16,658 bases of DNA from Candidatus Bathyarchaeia archaeon (GCA_050010515.1 JBEKKX010000048.1:1-16658), one strand, 5' to 3'. Shown: positions 8,507 through 16,349, counted from the first letter of the stretch. Numbers and translations: made by a program. Notes: a model not told the origin generated them from the sequence alone.

Positions 8507-10078
8507 TCATCTGTCTGTGCATGAGAAGCATGGGTCTAAGCTAACAAAGTTCGGAGGAACATCAGCGATGTTCTCACCTATTGCTGTTTTCAGGAATGAT
8601 GGAATGTTAGCGAATGTTGGAGTTCGCACTTTAACGCGTTCTGGGTAAGCAGTGCCGTTGCTTTTAACGTAGTAGAATAGCTCGCCTCTTGGAGCCTCAT
8701 TACGAGAAACGGCTTCACCTGCGGTCACATTTCGGGGCACATCAACTCGGAAAGGTCCTGCTGGCAGATGGTCGACTGCATACTCGATTATGTTGATGCT
8801 TTCTTCAACTTCATCCATACGAACATTCATTCTTGCCCAGGTATCGCCAGAAGTGTAAACTATCTTTTTGAAGGGAATTTCGCCATATGCTTCATAAGGC
8901 TCATCCTTGCGAACGTCAATGTCATAGCCTGATCCCCGCGCTACGGGACCAACAACGCTTAGTTTTATTGCATCTTCTCTTTTGAGTACGCCTACATTTT
9001 GCATACGAGCCTTTATTGAGGGCTCGTTTTCGTATAGTTGCCTGTAGAATGGCAGCTTCTTCCTCAGATTCTCCAAGGTCGTCTTGATTTTGGGGATGTC
9101 ACTGTCTTTTAGGTCTCGTCTTACGCCGCCTACAGTCATGAGTGATGCGTAAACGCGGTTGCCGCCAGTTAACTCGATTAAATCCATGATTGGTTCGCGA
9201 TCTCTCCAGAAATACTGGAATAAGGTTTCATAGCCGATTTCTAATCCTGCATGCCCCAGCGTAAGTAGGTGGCTGTGTAGCCTGTTAAGCTCTAAAGTTA
9301 TTACTCGCAGGTATTTGGCTCTCGGCGGAACCTCAGTTTTTAATATCTTTTCTACTGCACCAACAAAGCCATAAGCATGGCAAGCGTTGCAGATACCGCA
9401 GATTCGTTCAACCAAGTAAACATCCTGCACGTAAGTTCGAGACTCAGATGCTTTCTCTATGCCACGGTGAACATAGCCGATTCTGGGTTCAACCTTTGTT
9501 ACTGTTTCTCCCTCAACTGTTACGGCGAATTTTTCTGGCTCCAGCAACGCAGGATGCTGTGGACCAATAATGATTTTTACGATATTCTTATCTTCCGGTT
9601 GCTTGACTTCTGCTGGCGGCGGGTTAAGTTTTACTTCGTTTGCTTTAACATCTTTTCTTAACGGGTAAACACCCTCAGGCCAATATTCAGATAAAACGAA
9701 GTGCCCTGATAGTGAATTGCCTTCGAAGACTACACCTAAAAGGTCTGATACTTCAAATTCATGAAAGACGGCGCCTGGAATAATGTCGGTTATTGTTTGG
9801 ATTTTTGGGTTGTCTTTTGGCACTTCGGCGCGTATGGTTATGAAAGCGTTTGATGTACGTATGTGATATAATATGCCTAGGTTTGCGCCAAGGTCTAAAC
9901 CAGTTATAGCGCTGATGGCAGTTTTTTCGTCTGCCTCCACCATGGCTTTGAGAACGTCTCTGTGTAAGCCATTGCTGGTGTTTATGGCGGCTGTGCCAAG
10001 TTGGCCTAGGTGAATTTGGACTTTATCTTTAAGTTTGGATTCAATCGCGCTAATGATATCTATGTTACTGTTTGGCAT
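8507..10078 (-). CDS. nuoCD: Group 4 [NiFe]-hydrogenase large subunit fused to an N-terminal NuoC-like domain (NuoCD-like)
   Basis: N-terminal NuoC-like domain (E.EV.DLLGV.FEG, WPEGVYPLRKD); then GPQHPALLEP, GYVHRGIEK, L1 RICGICNACH (9377-9406), EAPRGE, L2 DPCFSCTDR followed directly by stop (8510-8536). Confidence 0.93.
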   Translation of the reverse strand: MPNSNIDIISAIESKLKDKVQIHLGQLGTAAINTSNGLHRDVLKAMVEADEKTAISAITGLDLGANLGILYHIRTSNAFITIRAEVPKDNPKIQTITDIIPGAVFHEFEVSDLLGVVFEGNSLSGHFVLSEYWPEGVYPLRKDVKANEVKLNPPPAEVKQPEDKNIVKIIIGPQHPALLEPEKFAVTVEGETVTKVEPRIGYVHRGIEKASESRTYVQDVYLVERICGICNACHAYGFVGAVEKILKTEVPPRAKYLRVITLELNRLHSHLLTLGHAGLEIGYETLFQYFWRDREPIMDLIELTGGNRVYASLMTVGGVRRDLKDSDIPKIKTTLENLRKKLPFYRQLYENEPSIKARMQNVGVLKREDAIKLSVVGPVARGSGYDIDVRKDEPYEAYGEIPFKKIVYTSGDTWARMNVRMDEVEESINIIEYAVDHLPAGPFRVDVPRNVTAGEAVSRNEAPRGELFYYVKSNGTAYPERVKVRTPTFANIPSFLKTAIGENIADVPPNFVSLDPCFSCTDR

Positions 10079-10634
10079 CTGCTTTTGCCTCCTCTATTAC
10101 TGGTTTAACCTCTTGCGAAGCACCAAGCACTTCTGGCTGAGCAGCAACTGGTTTTGCTTCTTCCATAGGAAGCTGGGGCTGTTTTTCTTGTTTCGGTTGT
10201 TTCTTTGGTTTAGGCGGATTTAAAGCGTTTAGAAGCTTTACTACCCCATCTATGATTGCTTCTGGACGCGGTGGACATCCAGGTATGTAAGCGTTAACTG
10301 GGAGTATTTTATCTACGCCGCCTACCACATTGTAGTTTCCTTCAAAAACGCCGCCACTACACGCGCATGCGCCGATGGCTACGACGAATTTCGGTTGTGG
10401 CATTTGATCATAGACTCGTTTTAGTCGTTCTGCACATTGTTGCGTGACGCAGCCTGTTACTAGTAAGACGTCTGCGTGCCTCGGTGAGGGCTCAAGTTTT
10501 ATGCCGAAGCGTTCAACATCATACTTTGGCGTTAGCAAGGCCACTATTTCGATGTCGCAACCGTTGCAGGCTCCTGAGTTGAAGTGTAGGACCCAGGGCG
10601 ATTTTACTCGTGCCCATGTTACGGTGTTTGGCAT
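10065..10634 (-). CDS. nuoB: Hydrogenase small subunit (NuoB/EchC-like, one [4Fe-4S])
   Basis: ACNGCDIE (hydrogenase-type CxxC), SPRHADVLLVTG, IGACACSGG, YIPGCPPRPEAI; about 50-aa Pro/Lys/Glu/Gln-rich tail. Confidence 0.93.
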   Translation of the reverse strand: MPNTVTWARVKSPWVLHFNSGACNGCDIEIVALLTPKYDVERFGIKLEPSPRHADVLLVTGCVTQQCAERLKRVYDQMPQPKFVVAIGACACSGGVFEGNYNVVGGVDKILPVNAYIPGCPPRPEAIIDGVVKLLNALNPPKPKKQPKQEKQPQLPMEEAKPVAAQPEVLGASQEVKPVIEEAKADAKQ

Positions 10635-10978
10635 TAGTCTTTACCTCCTTCTAAAAGAACCAAGCCAGCGGCAAGGATAATGCCAAGATAGAGGATTAAG
10701 AGAAACGGGTTTGTGCCTGCTAATGCGATAGAAGCAAAAGCGAGTACAAGTACGGATGAGTCGAAAATTATGAAGTAAATCAGGTACTTGTATAGGGATA
10801 CGTTAATTTTTAAACCGGGGAATGACGCTTTTTCGCCACAAGCGTATGATGCTTGCTCGTTTTCGCTCATGGTGGTTTTAGGCGCTGACCTTTTGCCTAA
10901 AGTGTAGATTGCAAGTGTTGATATAAATATTAATATAAACGCGATGAGGGCTTCAACAATCATGCGGTATCTCTCCAT
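10634..10978 (-). CDS. nuoA: NuoA/FpoA-like subunit (start may be ATG at 10963)
   Basis: 3 TM, loop motif YACGE, 'YFIIFD'; first gene of the operon, TAATG overlap with nuoB. Confidence 0.85.
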   Translation of the reverse strand: MERYRMIVEALIAFILIFISTLAIYTLGKRSAPKTTMSENEQASYACGEKASFPGLKINVSLYKYLIYFIIFDSSVLVLAFASIALAGTNPFLLILYLGIILAAGLVLLEGGKD

Positions 10979-10991
10979 TAATGTTTTTGCC

Positions 10992-10997
10992 TTTAAA
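10992..10997 (-). promoter_or_regulatory. Candidate TATA box for the hydrogenase operon
   Basis: TTTAAA about 30 nt upstream of the ATG at 10963. The region is AT-rich, so specificity is low. Confidence 0.3.
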
Positions 10998-11394
10998 CAT
11001 TAAAGCTGCCTCAAGGGTAAAGTTAAATTTGCGCCTGTTATAGCCAAAAAAGGCATTATGAACAAATATAAGGTTATCTGCAATAAAACTGTGCAAACAA
11101 ACAATAATATCGTTATTGGCAGATTGTCGTCTATCTCTAAATAAGCGCCATCAGCTTGATTATTATATATACTCTCTCGTGCAGCTATCTGTTCTCCCAT
11201 ACTACCCCGAGCTAGTTCTCAATAAAGAACGGCTCTCAGATTTAAATATTAACAACTAAACAATGTAAATCTCCATGGGCTTGCTCAGGAATTTTTTGAA
11301 CCAACTCAAATCTTAGCCGGAGCATCAACTTGAATATCTTTCATAAACGACACAAAATTCCCTTGTATCTCTAATTGATAGTTACATAAAATAT

Positions 11395-11414
11395 TGATGG
11401 CGAAAAAGCCATCA
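11395..11414. promoter_or_regulatory. Perfect inverted repeat TGATGGC-N6-GCCATCA (terminator hairpin or operator)
   Basis: Seen directly, about 45 nt downstream of the GNAT stop in the intergenic region upstream of the operon. Confidence 0.35.
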
Positions 11415-11458
11415 TACTCTAACGATTTTATCCAAAGACCATGATACTTCAGCTTTAA

Positions 11459-11944
11459 CTAATCGTGCATTAACACGATTTCCCCTGGGGCAAACCAAAT
11501 ATCACTATAAAACTTAAAAACCCGCCAACCGAAAAGCCGCCATAACCCCAGAAAACCCATTTTTCTGAAACATTGCCTGCTGAAAACCGCCAGTGAAGCA
11601 ACATTTCTCCTTTGCACAGAAGCGAAAACCGCGCTTGCACCATCATCCTTTAACCGCGCAGTTCCAGTATTCACAAGTGCGCTGGCAACGCCTTTTCGGC
11701 GAAACTGCGGGTGAACTGCAAGCCAAAGTATGCAACCGAACTTGCCGCCGCCCAAATTAAACTCAACTAACTTAGCGAAGCCAACAACTATCCCCTGCGT
11801 TTCACTTACGAATACTTTCCCCTTTTCGTGCAGGCTGTGGACGGCGAAAAATTGGAAGAATCTTGGAAAAGACATATCTATGATTTGTTTAAGCCTTCTT
11901 GCGTCAGTTGGCATCATTGGTCTTATTGCAAATTCGGTAGTCAC
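11459..11944 (-). CDS. GNAT family N-acetyltransferase
   Basis: Acetyl-CoA motif A: LAVHPQFRRKGVASAL; motif B: N.ASL..F....F; 161 aa. Confidence 0.9.
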   Translation of the reverse strand: MTTEFAIRPMMPTDARRLKQIIDMSFPRFFQFFAVHSLHEKGKVFVSETQGIVVGFAKLVEFNLGGGKFGCILWLAVHPQFRRKGVASALVNTGTARLKDDGASAVFASVQRRNVASLAVFSRQCFRKMGFLGLWRLFGWRVFKFYSDIWFAPGEIVLMHD

Positions 11945-12006
11945 GAATGGCCTCCCTTTCTATAACAAGCTATTAAAGGCTTTAACATTAGGGTCAAGCG
12001 CTTGGT

Positions 12007-13131
12007 CTAAACTGGGTTCAGAGGTGGGGTTCCAGGTTTTGGCTCGAGCGGTTCCCTAGGGTTTTTATGTGTAAAGATTAAGCTTGTTGACTTTACGATT
12101 TGGGGCACACCTGCGAGATCTTCAAAGACCAGTAATCCACGGGCAAGTAAAGCGAAAGCGGCGATTGGTGCTACCAGTTCTGGATGCGCAGGAACGTTAA
12201 GTATTAGTCCAAATATGCCGATAATTCCGAATTCCTGTACGCCAATTCCAGCTGGGGTTATAGGAACAAATGCTAGAGCGGTAACCAAAGGGTGAATTAG
12301 GAAGTATGCTATCCATGGTATCTGGGTAATTCCTAACGCATAGCCTAAAAAGTACCATTCAAAACCTTTTATAATCCAGCATGCGACGGTCAAAACAACT
12401 ATTTCTGGGATTGCTTTGCTTGTGCTGTGAGCGCTTTCTTTGTATTCATCAAGCCTTCCCATTAAGCCGCCTGTGAATCTTTTGAGGAATCTAGAATTTG
12501 CGATTCGCTCAAATAATGAGATAGCTCTTTTAGACCATGTGAAAGCCGCCAGTACGATCGCTCCAGTCATCATCAAGCCTATGCCAAGTAACGCGATTAG
12601 TAATCCTATGTTTACTCCTGCAATTTGAGTCGGGAACAATTGATTCCATATGTGTGGTGGCACAAACTTTACTAGGTAAATTACAGCGCCTATTCCGCCG
12701 ATTACTTTAATCAGAAATTCAAATGTTTGAATGCCTAAGACGCTTGAAAGACTTTTTGATGTCGGAACATTTTGATCCCTTAAATAAACTGGCGTAAGAA
12801 TATAACCTGAGCGTCCAGGTGTGACGTCACTCGTTAGCATGCCACCATATTGGGCGAGTAATGTTTTACCAAATGATGTTTTTACGCCGTTTTTACTCAA
12901 GACTCTTCTCAGCCGTACTGTGAAAAGGAGGTTTATACAAAAATACATTAGAAAAGCAAGAAGCAGGTACTCAACTTTAATGTGAATGAGGGCATTGTAA
13001 ACAGAACCTACACCAACATACCAAAATAAAGCTGCTAAAATCGCTACCATGAATACTACTTCGAGAGCGATCCTGAGCATTCGCCTTGAACTAGACGATT
13101 TTTGCTTAGCTGGTAATTCTTTGGTTGTCAA
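12007..13131 (-). CDS. Flippase-like / lysylphosphatidylglycerol synthase TM-domain membrane protein (UPF0104-like)
   Basis: Multi-TM protein with family motifs 'DVTPGRSG' and 'VPITPAGIGVQE'. Confidence 0.85.
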   Translation of the reverse strand: MTTKELPAKQKSSSSRRMLRIALEVVFMVAILAALFWYVGVGSVYNALIHIKVEYLLLAFLMYFCINLLFTVRLRRVLSKNGVKTSFGKTLLAQYGGMLTSDVTPGRSGYILTPVYLRDQNVPTSKSLSSVLGIQTFEFLIKVIGGIGAVIYLVKFVPPHIWNQLFPTQIAGVNIGLLIALLGIGLMMTGAIVLAAFTWSKRAISLFERIANSRFLKRFTGGLMGRLDEYKESAHSTSKAIPEIVVLTVACWIIKGFEWYFLGYALGITQIPWIAYFLIHPLVTALAFVPITPAGIGVQEFGIIGIFGLILNVPAHPELVAPIAAFALLARGLLVFEDLAGVPQIVKSTSLIFTHKNPREPLEPKPGTPPLNPV

Positions 13132-13224
13132 TGTGTCTTGAACATCCGTTTTTACAGTTAAATCTCTTGCGGAAAAAAACGAATTTAAAATGTGAACTAT
13201 AGTAGATGCAATCGCATTTTTAGT

Positions 13225-13419
13225 TTATGGTCTTACGCATTCAGCTTTAGGCTTATACGGACGCTTAGTTGTTCTCCTGCGTTTATGATATTCACATTCG
13301 TTAATCCGAGTAAGTATCCAGCCTAGATCTTGGTATACGCATCCACATGGCAGCTTTACGGTTTTTTGCTCCTCAGTTTTCACAATGCTTTTTTTATCTT
13401 TCGTCATTGTTTCATTCAT
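13225..13419 (-). CDS. Small hypothetical protein with CxC...CxxH, possibly metal-binding
   Basis: 64 aa, LPCGCVY...ECEYHKRRR; fills an otherwise empty gap, co-oriented with the downstream genes. Confidence 0.55.
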   Translation of the reverse strand: MNETMTKDKKSIVKTEEQKTVKLPCGCVYQDLGWILTRINECEYHKRRRTTKRPYKPKAECVRP

Positions 13420-13583
13420 TCTTTCTTAATGGATGCTAATTAACGTAATTAACTTAATCCGTCTTTTTAAAAGTAATCATTTATTCTGGGCAACAAACAC
13501 ATGAATTAAGACTGAATGGACGAAAATCGAATTGCTTCTCTTAAAGCTGTGATTTAAACAAATTGAGCTATAAGCTGTAATCC

Positions 13584-13590
13584 TTAAATA
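13584..13590 (+). promoter_or_regulatory. Candidate TATA box for the 13621-15306 gene pair
   Basis: TTAAATA 30 nt before ATG 13621; preceded by direct repeats AAGCTGT at 13544 and 13572. Confidence 0.45.
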
Positions 13591-13620
13591 TCAACCGTAA
13601 CAATGCCTATACAGGTTTAA

Positions 13621-14553
13621 ATGAAGCTTCGCATACCCATTATTCTCTGCGTCGCTATGGCATTTCTCTTGATAATAGCGTCTTCAGGAAGAGTACAAGC
13701 TCAAACCTACACCCAGTACAAAATCCAACTCAACAGCGACGGCTCAGCTGCTTGGACGATAATTCAGGTATCAGGCTTAAACGGAACAGTTGATACATGG
13801 GCAGGCTTCCAGCAAAAAGTAACTGCTCTTGTTACTGCAGCAGCGGCTCAAACTCACAGACAGATGAGTGTAGACAATGATACGTTCCAAACAAGCACTA
13901 CTATCACGTCAAGCGACTCGAAAACCACCGAGTACATGTTCACATGGCTGAACTTCAGCAAAACAGAAAAAGGGCAACTGATAGTAGGAGACGTTTTCAG
14001 CGTCTCCGGTTTCTTTAATCAGCTGTACGGTGACGGCGCGTTACAAATCAATTATCCTGCGAACTACACGTTGAAATCTGTTTCCCCGACACCTGACGAA
14101 AGAGATGATTCCACGCAGACGCTTCAATGGCTGGGAACCCAATTCTTCGTAGCTGAGCACCCAAGCATCATCCTTGTAGCTCAAGAACAGGCTTCCGCTA
14201 ATTCTGGACAACAACCATATTTGCTAATAGGCTCCATTTCAGCAGTCGCTGCCGCGGCAGCAATTGCAGGATGGTTCTTCCTTGCTAATCGACGTCATAA
14301 ACAAAACAGTAAAGAATTAACTGTGGCGTCAACTGTGACTTTGTTGGAGACTGAGGAAGAAAAAGTTATCAAGGTGCTTCGCTCAAACGGTGGCAGTGCA
14401 TACCAGTCTGCTATTACGGAGCAGTGCAGGTTCTCTAAAGCCAAAACAAGTCAATTACTGACTGCTCTGGAGGCAAAGGGGATTGTACGAAGGTATAAAA
14501 AGGGAAGGGATAAAATAGTGAACCTTAATGAACAAGCAAAGGGCGAAAAATAA
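13621..14553 (+). CDS. Membrane-anchored winged-HTH regulator (COG2512-like): signal peptide, extracellular domain, TM helix, cytoplasmic wHTH
   Basis: Signal peptide ending VQA; TM YLLIGSISAVAAAAAIAGWFFL; C-terminal EEKVIKVLRSNGGSAYQSAITEQCRFSKAKTSQLLTALEAKGIVRRYKKGRDKIV. Confidence 0.85.
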   Translation: MKLRIPIILCVAMAFLLIIASSGRVQAQTYTQYKIQLNSDGSAAWTIIQVSGLNGTVDTWAGFQQKVTALVTAAAAQTHRQMSVDNDTFQTSTTITSSDSKTTEYMFTWLNFSKTEKGQLIVGDVFSVSGFFNQLYGDGALQINYPANYTLKSVSPTPDERDDSTQTLQWLGTQFFVAEHPSIILVAQEQASANSGQQPYLLIGSISAVAAAAAIAGWFFLANRRHKQNSKELTVASTVTLLETEEEKVIKVLRSNGGSAYQSAITEQCRFSKAKTSQLLTALEAKGIVRRYKKGRDKIVNLNEQAKGEK

Positions 14554-15306
14554 ATGCGCTTTAACCAAAAAAAAACAAGCATAATTGTACTATTATTTGT
14601 TGCTTCATTACTAATCGTTTTACCTATTCAAATGGTCAAGGCTCAAACAACGACAACTGTAAACGTTACACCACAAACTAGTACACCTGTCGTTGGTCAA
14701 ACCATAACAATTAGCATTACTTTAAACAACGTGCAGAATCTTTACGCAGTTGATGTAACACTTAATTGGAATACGGCTTTACTAAGCTTTCAGACAAATT
14801 CAAATCAGACCTTTATAGGAGTTTCCAATGGGGTACTGAATACCCCGATATCGGTGGTTTTGGATTCGGCTTCCCAAGCAGCAGGCGAATTCCACCTTGT
14901 CGTGACTTCAGTGAGTCCAACAACCGGCTTCAGCGGAAGCGGAACTATAGCAACTTTGAAGTTCACGGTAACAGGTGCAGGAAAATCATCTTTAACACTG
15001 GCAAGTACACTTGCTGACTACGCGCCCGGTGGAATTTCAGAACCCATAGCTCACAATGACTTAAGCGGCACAGTTGATGCCACCGCCAGTTCATCTTCGC
15101 CATCTACATCTCCGACACCCTCGACATCCTCTTCTTCGCCATCTTCTTCACCTTCTTCCTCATCATCTCCTTCACCTTCTTTCTTGCAATCGACAACTTT
15201 TCTTGAGCTTCTCGCTATAATCGCGGTTGTGGTTATCGTGTTGGTGTCCGTTGCGGTTCTGTTATCGAGAAAAATGATGAAGAAAACGGCTTCGGCTTCC
15301 AGTTAG
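14554..15306 (+). CDS. Cell-surface protein with cohesin-like beta-sandwich domain, Ser/Pro linker and C-terminal TM anchor
   Basis: Signal peptide ending VKA; ISITLNNVQNLYAVDVTLNWN...FSGSGTIATLKFTV...SSLTL cohesin-like pattern; SSSSPS stalk; TM plus basic tail; starts immediately after the upstream TAA. Confidence 0.8.
   Translation: MRFNQKKTSIIVLLFVASLLIVLPIQMVKAQTTTTVNVTPQTSTPVVGQTITISITLNNVQNLYAVDVTLNWNTALLSFQTNSNQTFIGVSNGVLNTPISVVLDSASQAAGEFHLVVTSVSPTTGFSGSGTIATLKFTVTGAGKSSLTLASTLADYAPGGISEPIAHNDLSGTVDATASSSSPSTSPTPSTSSSSPSSSPSSSSSPSPSFLQSTTFLELLAIIAVVVIVLVSVAVLLSRKMMKKTASASS
15088..15180 (+). repeat. Low-complexity Ser/Pro-coding repeat (TCx-rich linker)
   Basis: Encodes SSSSPSTSPTPSTSSSSPSSSPSSSSSPSPS. 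Confidence 0.8.
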
Positions 15307-15384
15307 CAAAACCACGCTGGAGAACCCAGCGTAACGAGTTATTTACTTTAGCATTTTGCTCTAATGCCTTTTTCTTTACCCATA

Positions 15385-15540
15385 ATTACTCTGCTGTTTC
15401 GGAGTCTTACAGGCGCTCTAACAGATGCTAATTTAATCGCTTTCTTCAAGTCAACCTTAGCTCCACACTATACTTGCCTTTTGGTTTGCAACTGCCAGCA
15501 GTAAGTTGTTAGGCACGGTGCATTCTTCGATTAAGGTGAT
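15385..15540 (-). pseudogene. Possible degraded small archaeal zinc-ribbon gene (DUF1922-like)
   Basis: Minus strand reads ITLIEECT..LLLAVANQK in one frame and CGAKVDLKKAIKLASV in another. The resemblance is from memory only; boundaries are approximate. Confidence 0.3.
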
Positions 15541-15547
15541 AGTTAAG

Positions 15548-16102
15548 TTAGTTCCCAATCAGAGCCTTGATTCTGCTCCACTGTTCGAACGTAAGTCGGA
15601 AGTTTGTCTCCTGCGCGTTCACTAAAACCTGCATATTTAAGAGTATGTTATCTCGGTTGCACTCTTCTTGAAGAAGCGGTTTTTCTAAACAAACTTTGAA
15701 ATATTCTACAAAAGCACTATACTTTTCTTGAAACTTGCTGATGTCATCTGCCCCTAAAAAGTACTTCTCTTGGTTGAGGTTAAGAGGGTTCTTTTTTGGG
15801 TTAGTTATTACCTTTCCTAAGGCGTAGATTCCAGCTTTCTGCCCTGAACCCCAGATTGCAACTAAATCGCCTTTGTGAATCAGTTGGACATGTTGACTTA
15901 TTAACCACTGTTCAGGCTCCTTTGTTTCTTTGAGTCTGTCAAACCATTTGTAAACTGAAGGGTTAAACTGGAAAAGCCAATGTTTAGGTTGCGGCTTGAC
16001 GTTAAGTAATGTGCCACAGGCTGGACAAAACGGACTAATTTTACGCTGTTCAACGGACACTGTTTTTGCACATTTTCTGCATTCAAACTCTACTCTTTCC
16101 AA
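15548..16102 (-). CDS. Zinc-ribbon plus EVE (PUA-like) domain protein
   Basis: N-terminal CRKC-x14-CPACG; EVE pattern HWLFQFNP...W.I......GDLVAIW.SG...GIYALG.V...L..EQW..I; TTG start. Confidence 0.82.
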   Translation of the reverse strand: MERVEFECRKCAKTVSVEQRKISPFCPACGTLLNVKPQPKHWLFQFNPSVYKWFDRLKETKEPEQWLISQHVQLIHKGDLVAIWGSGQKAGIYALGKVITNPKKNPLNLNQEKYFLGADDISKFQEKYSAFVEYFKVCLEKPLLQEECNRDNILLNMQVLVNAQETNFRLTFEQWSRIKALIGN

Positions 16103-16172
16103 TTTAGTTGCCCCTTGTTGCCAGAAAAATCAGAGCTACCCCAATTTAACGTTTGAGTATGTTGCAGCTTTG

Positions 16173-16208
16173 CCTTATCTGTAAATAAAATCCAGAAACA
16201 TTTTATTA
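16173..16208 (+). promoter_or_regulatory. Unit 1: palindrome TCTG-N11-CAGA plus BRE/TATA-like motif
   Basis: CCTTATCTGTAAATAAAATCCAGAAACATTTTATTA; homologous to 16350-16385. Confidence 0.5.
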
Positions 16209-16251
16209 ATCCGATTGAAATCAGTAATTATTGATGAAGGCATCTTAAGTT

Positions 16252-16313
16252 CGCATGCCCAGCGGGTCACGGGGTCTCCAGAGGAGGCAACGTCCGCGTT
16301 AAAAAGGCATGCG
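16252..16313 (+). ncRNA. Candidate structured ncRNA, copy 1 (62-nt hairpin core)
   Basis: Closing stem CGCATGCC/GGCATGCG, inner GCGGG/TCCGC; 55/62 identical to copy 2. Confidence 0.55.
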
Positions 16314-16349
16314 GCGCCCGATAAAGCAATTATCTTATGAGCAAACCAT

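Noticed and set aside
7061-10082. NuoB- and NuoI-like proteins both end in DAKQ, and B, CD and I all start MP(N/K)
   Set aside because: Too short, and constrained by overlapping start/stop sequence; probably coincidental.
2242-10680. Numerous short antisense or alternate-frame ORFs inside the operon (e.g. 2242-2499, 7434-8048, 8097-8345, 9377-9661)
   Set aside because: Shadow ORFs of well-supported hydrogenase genes; no motifs.
1314-10978. Annotation as NADH:quinone oxidoreductase, F420H2 dehydrogenase or Mbx/Mbs
   Set aside because: Those complexes lack the complete four-Cys NiFe ligand set; here both L1 and L2 motifs are intact and no NuoEFG/FpoF is present.
11000-11200. 66-aa minus-strand ORF just upstream of nuoA
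   Set aside because: No recognisable motif, and it runs through the probable promoter region; not supportable as a gene, though not excluded.
11730-12628. + strand ORFs 11730-12059 and 12440-12628
   Set aside because: Antisense to the GNAT and flippase-like genes.
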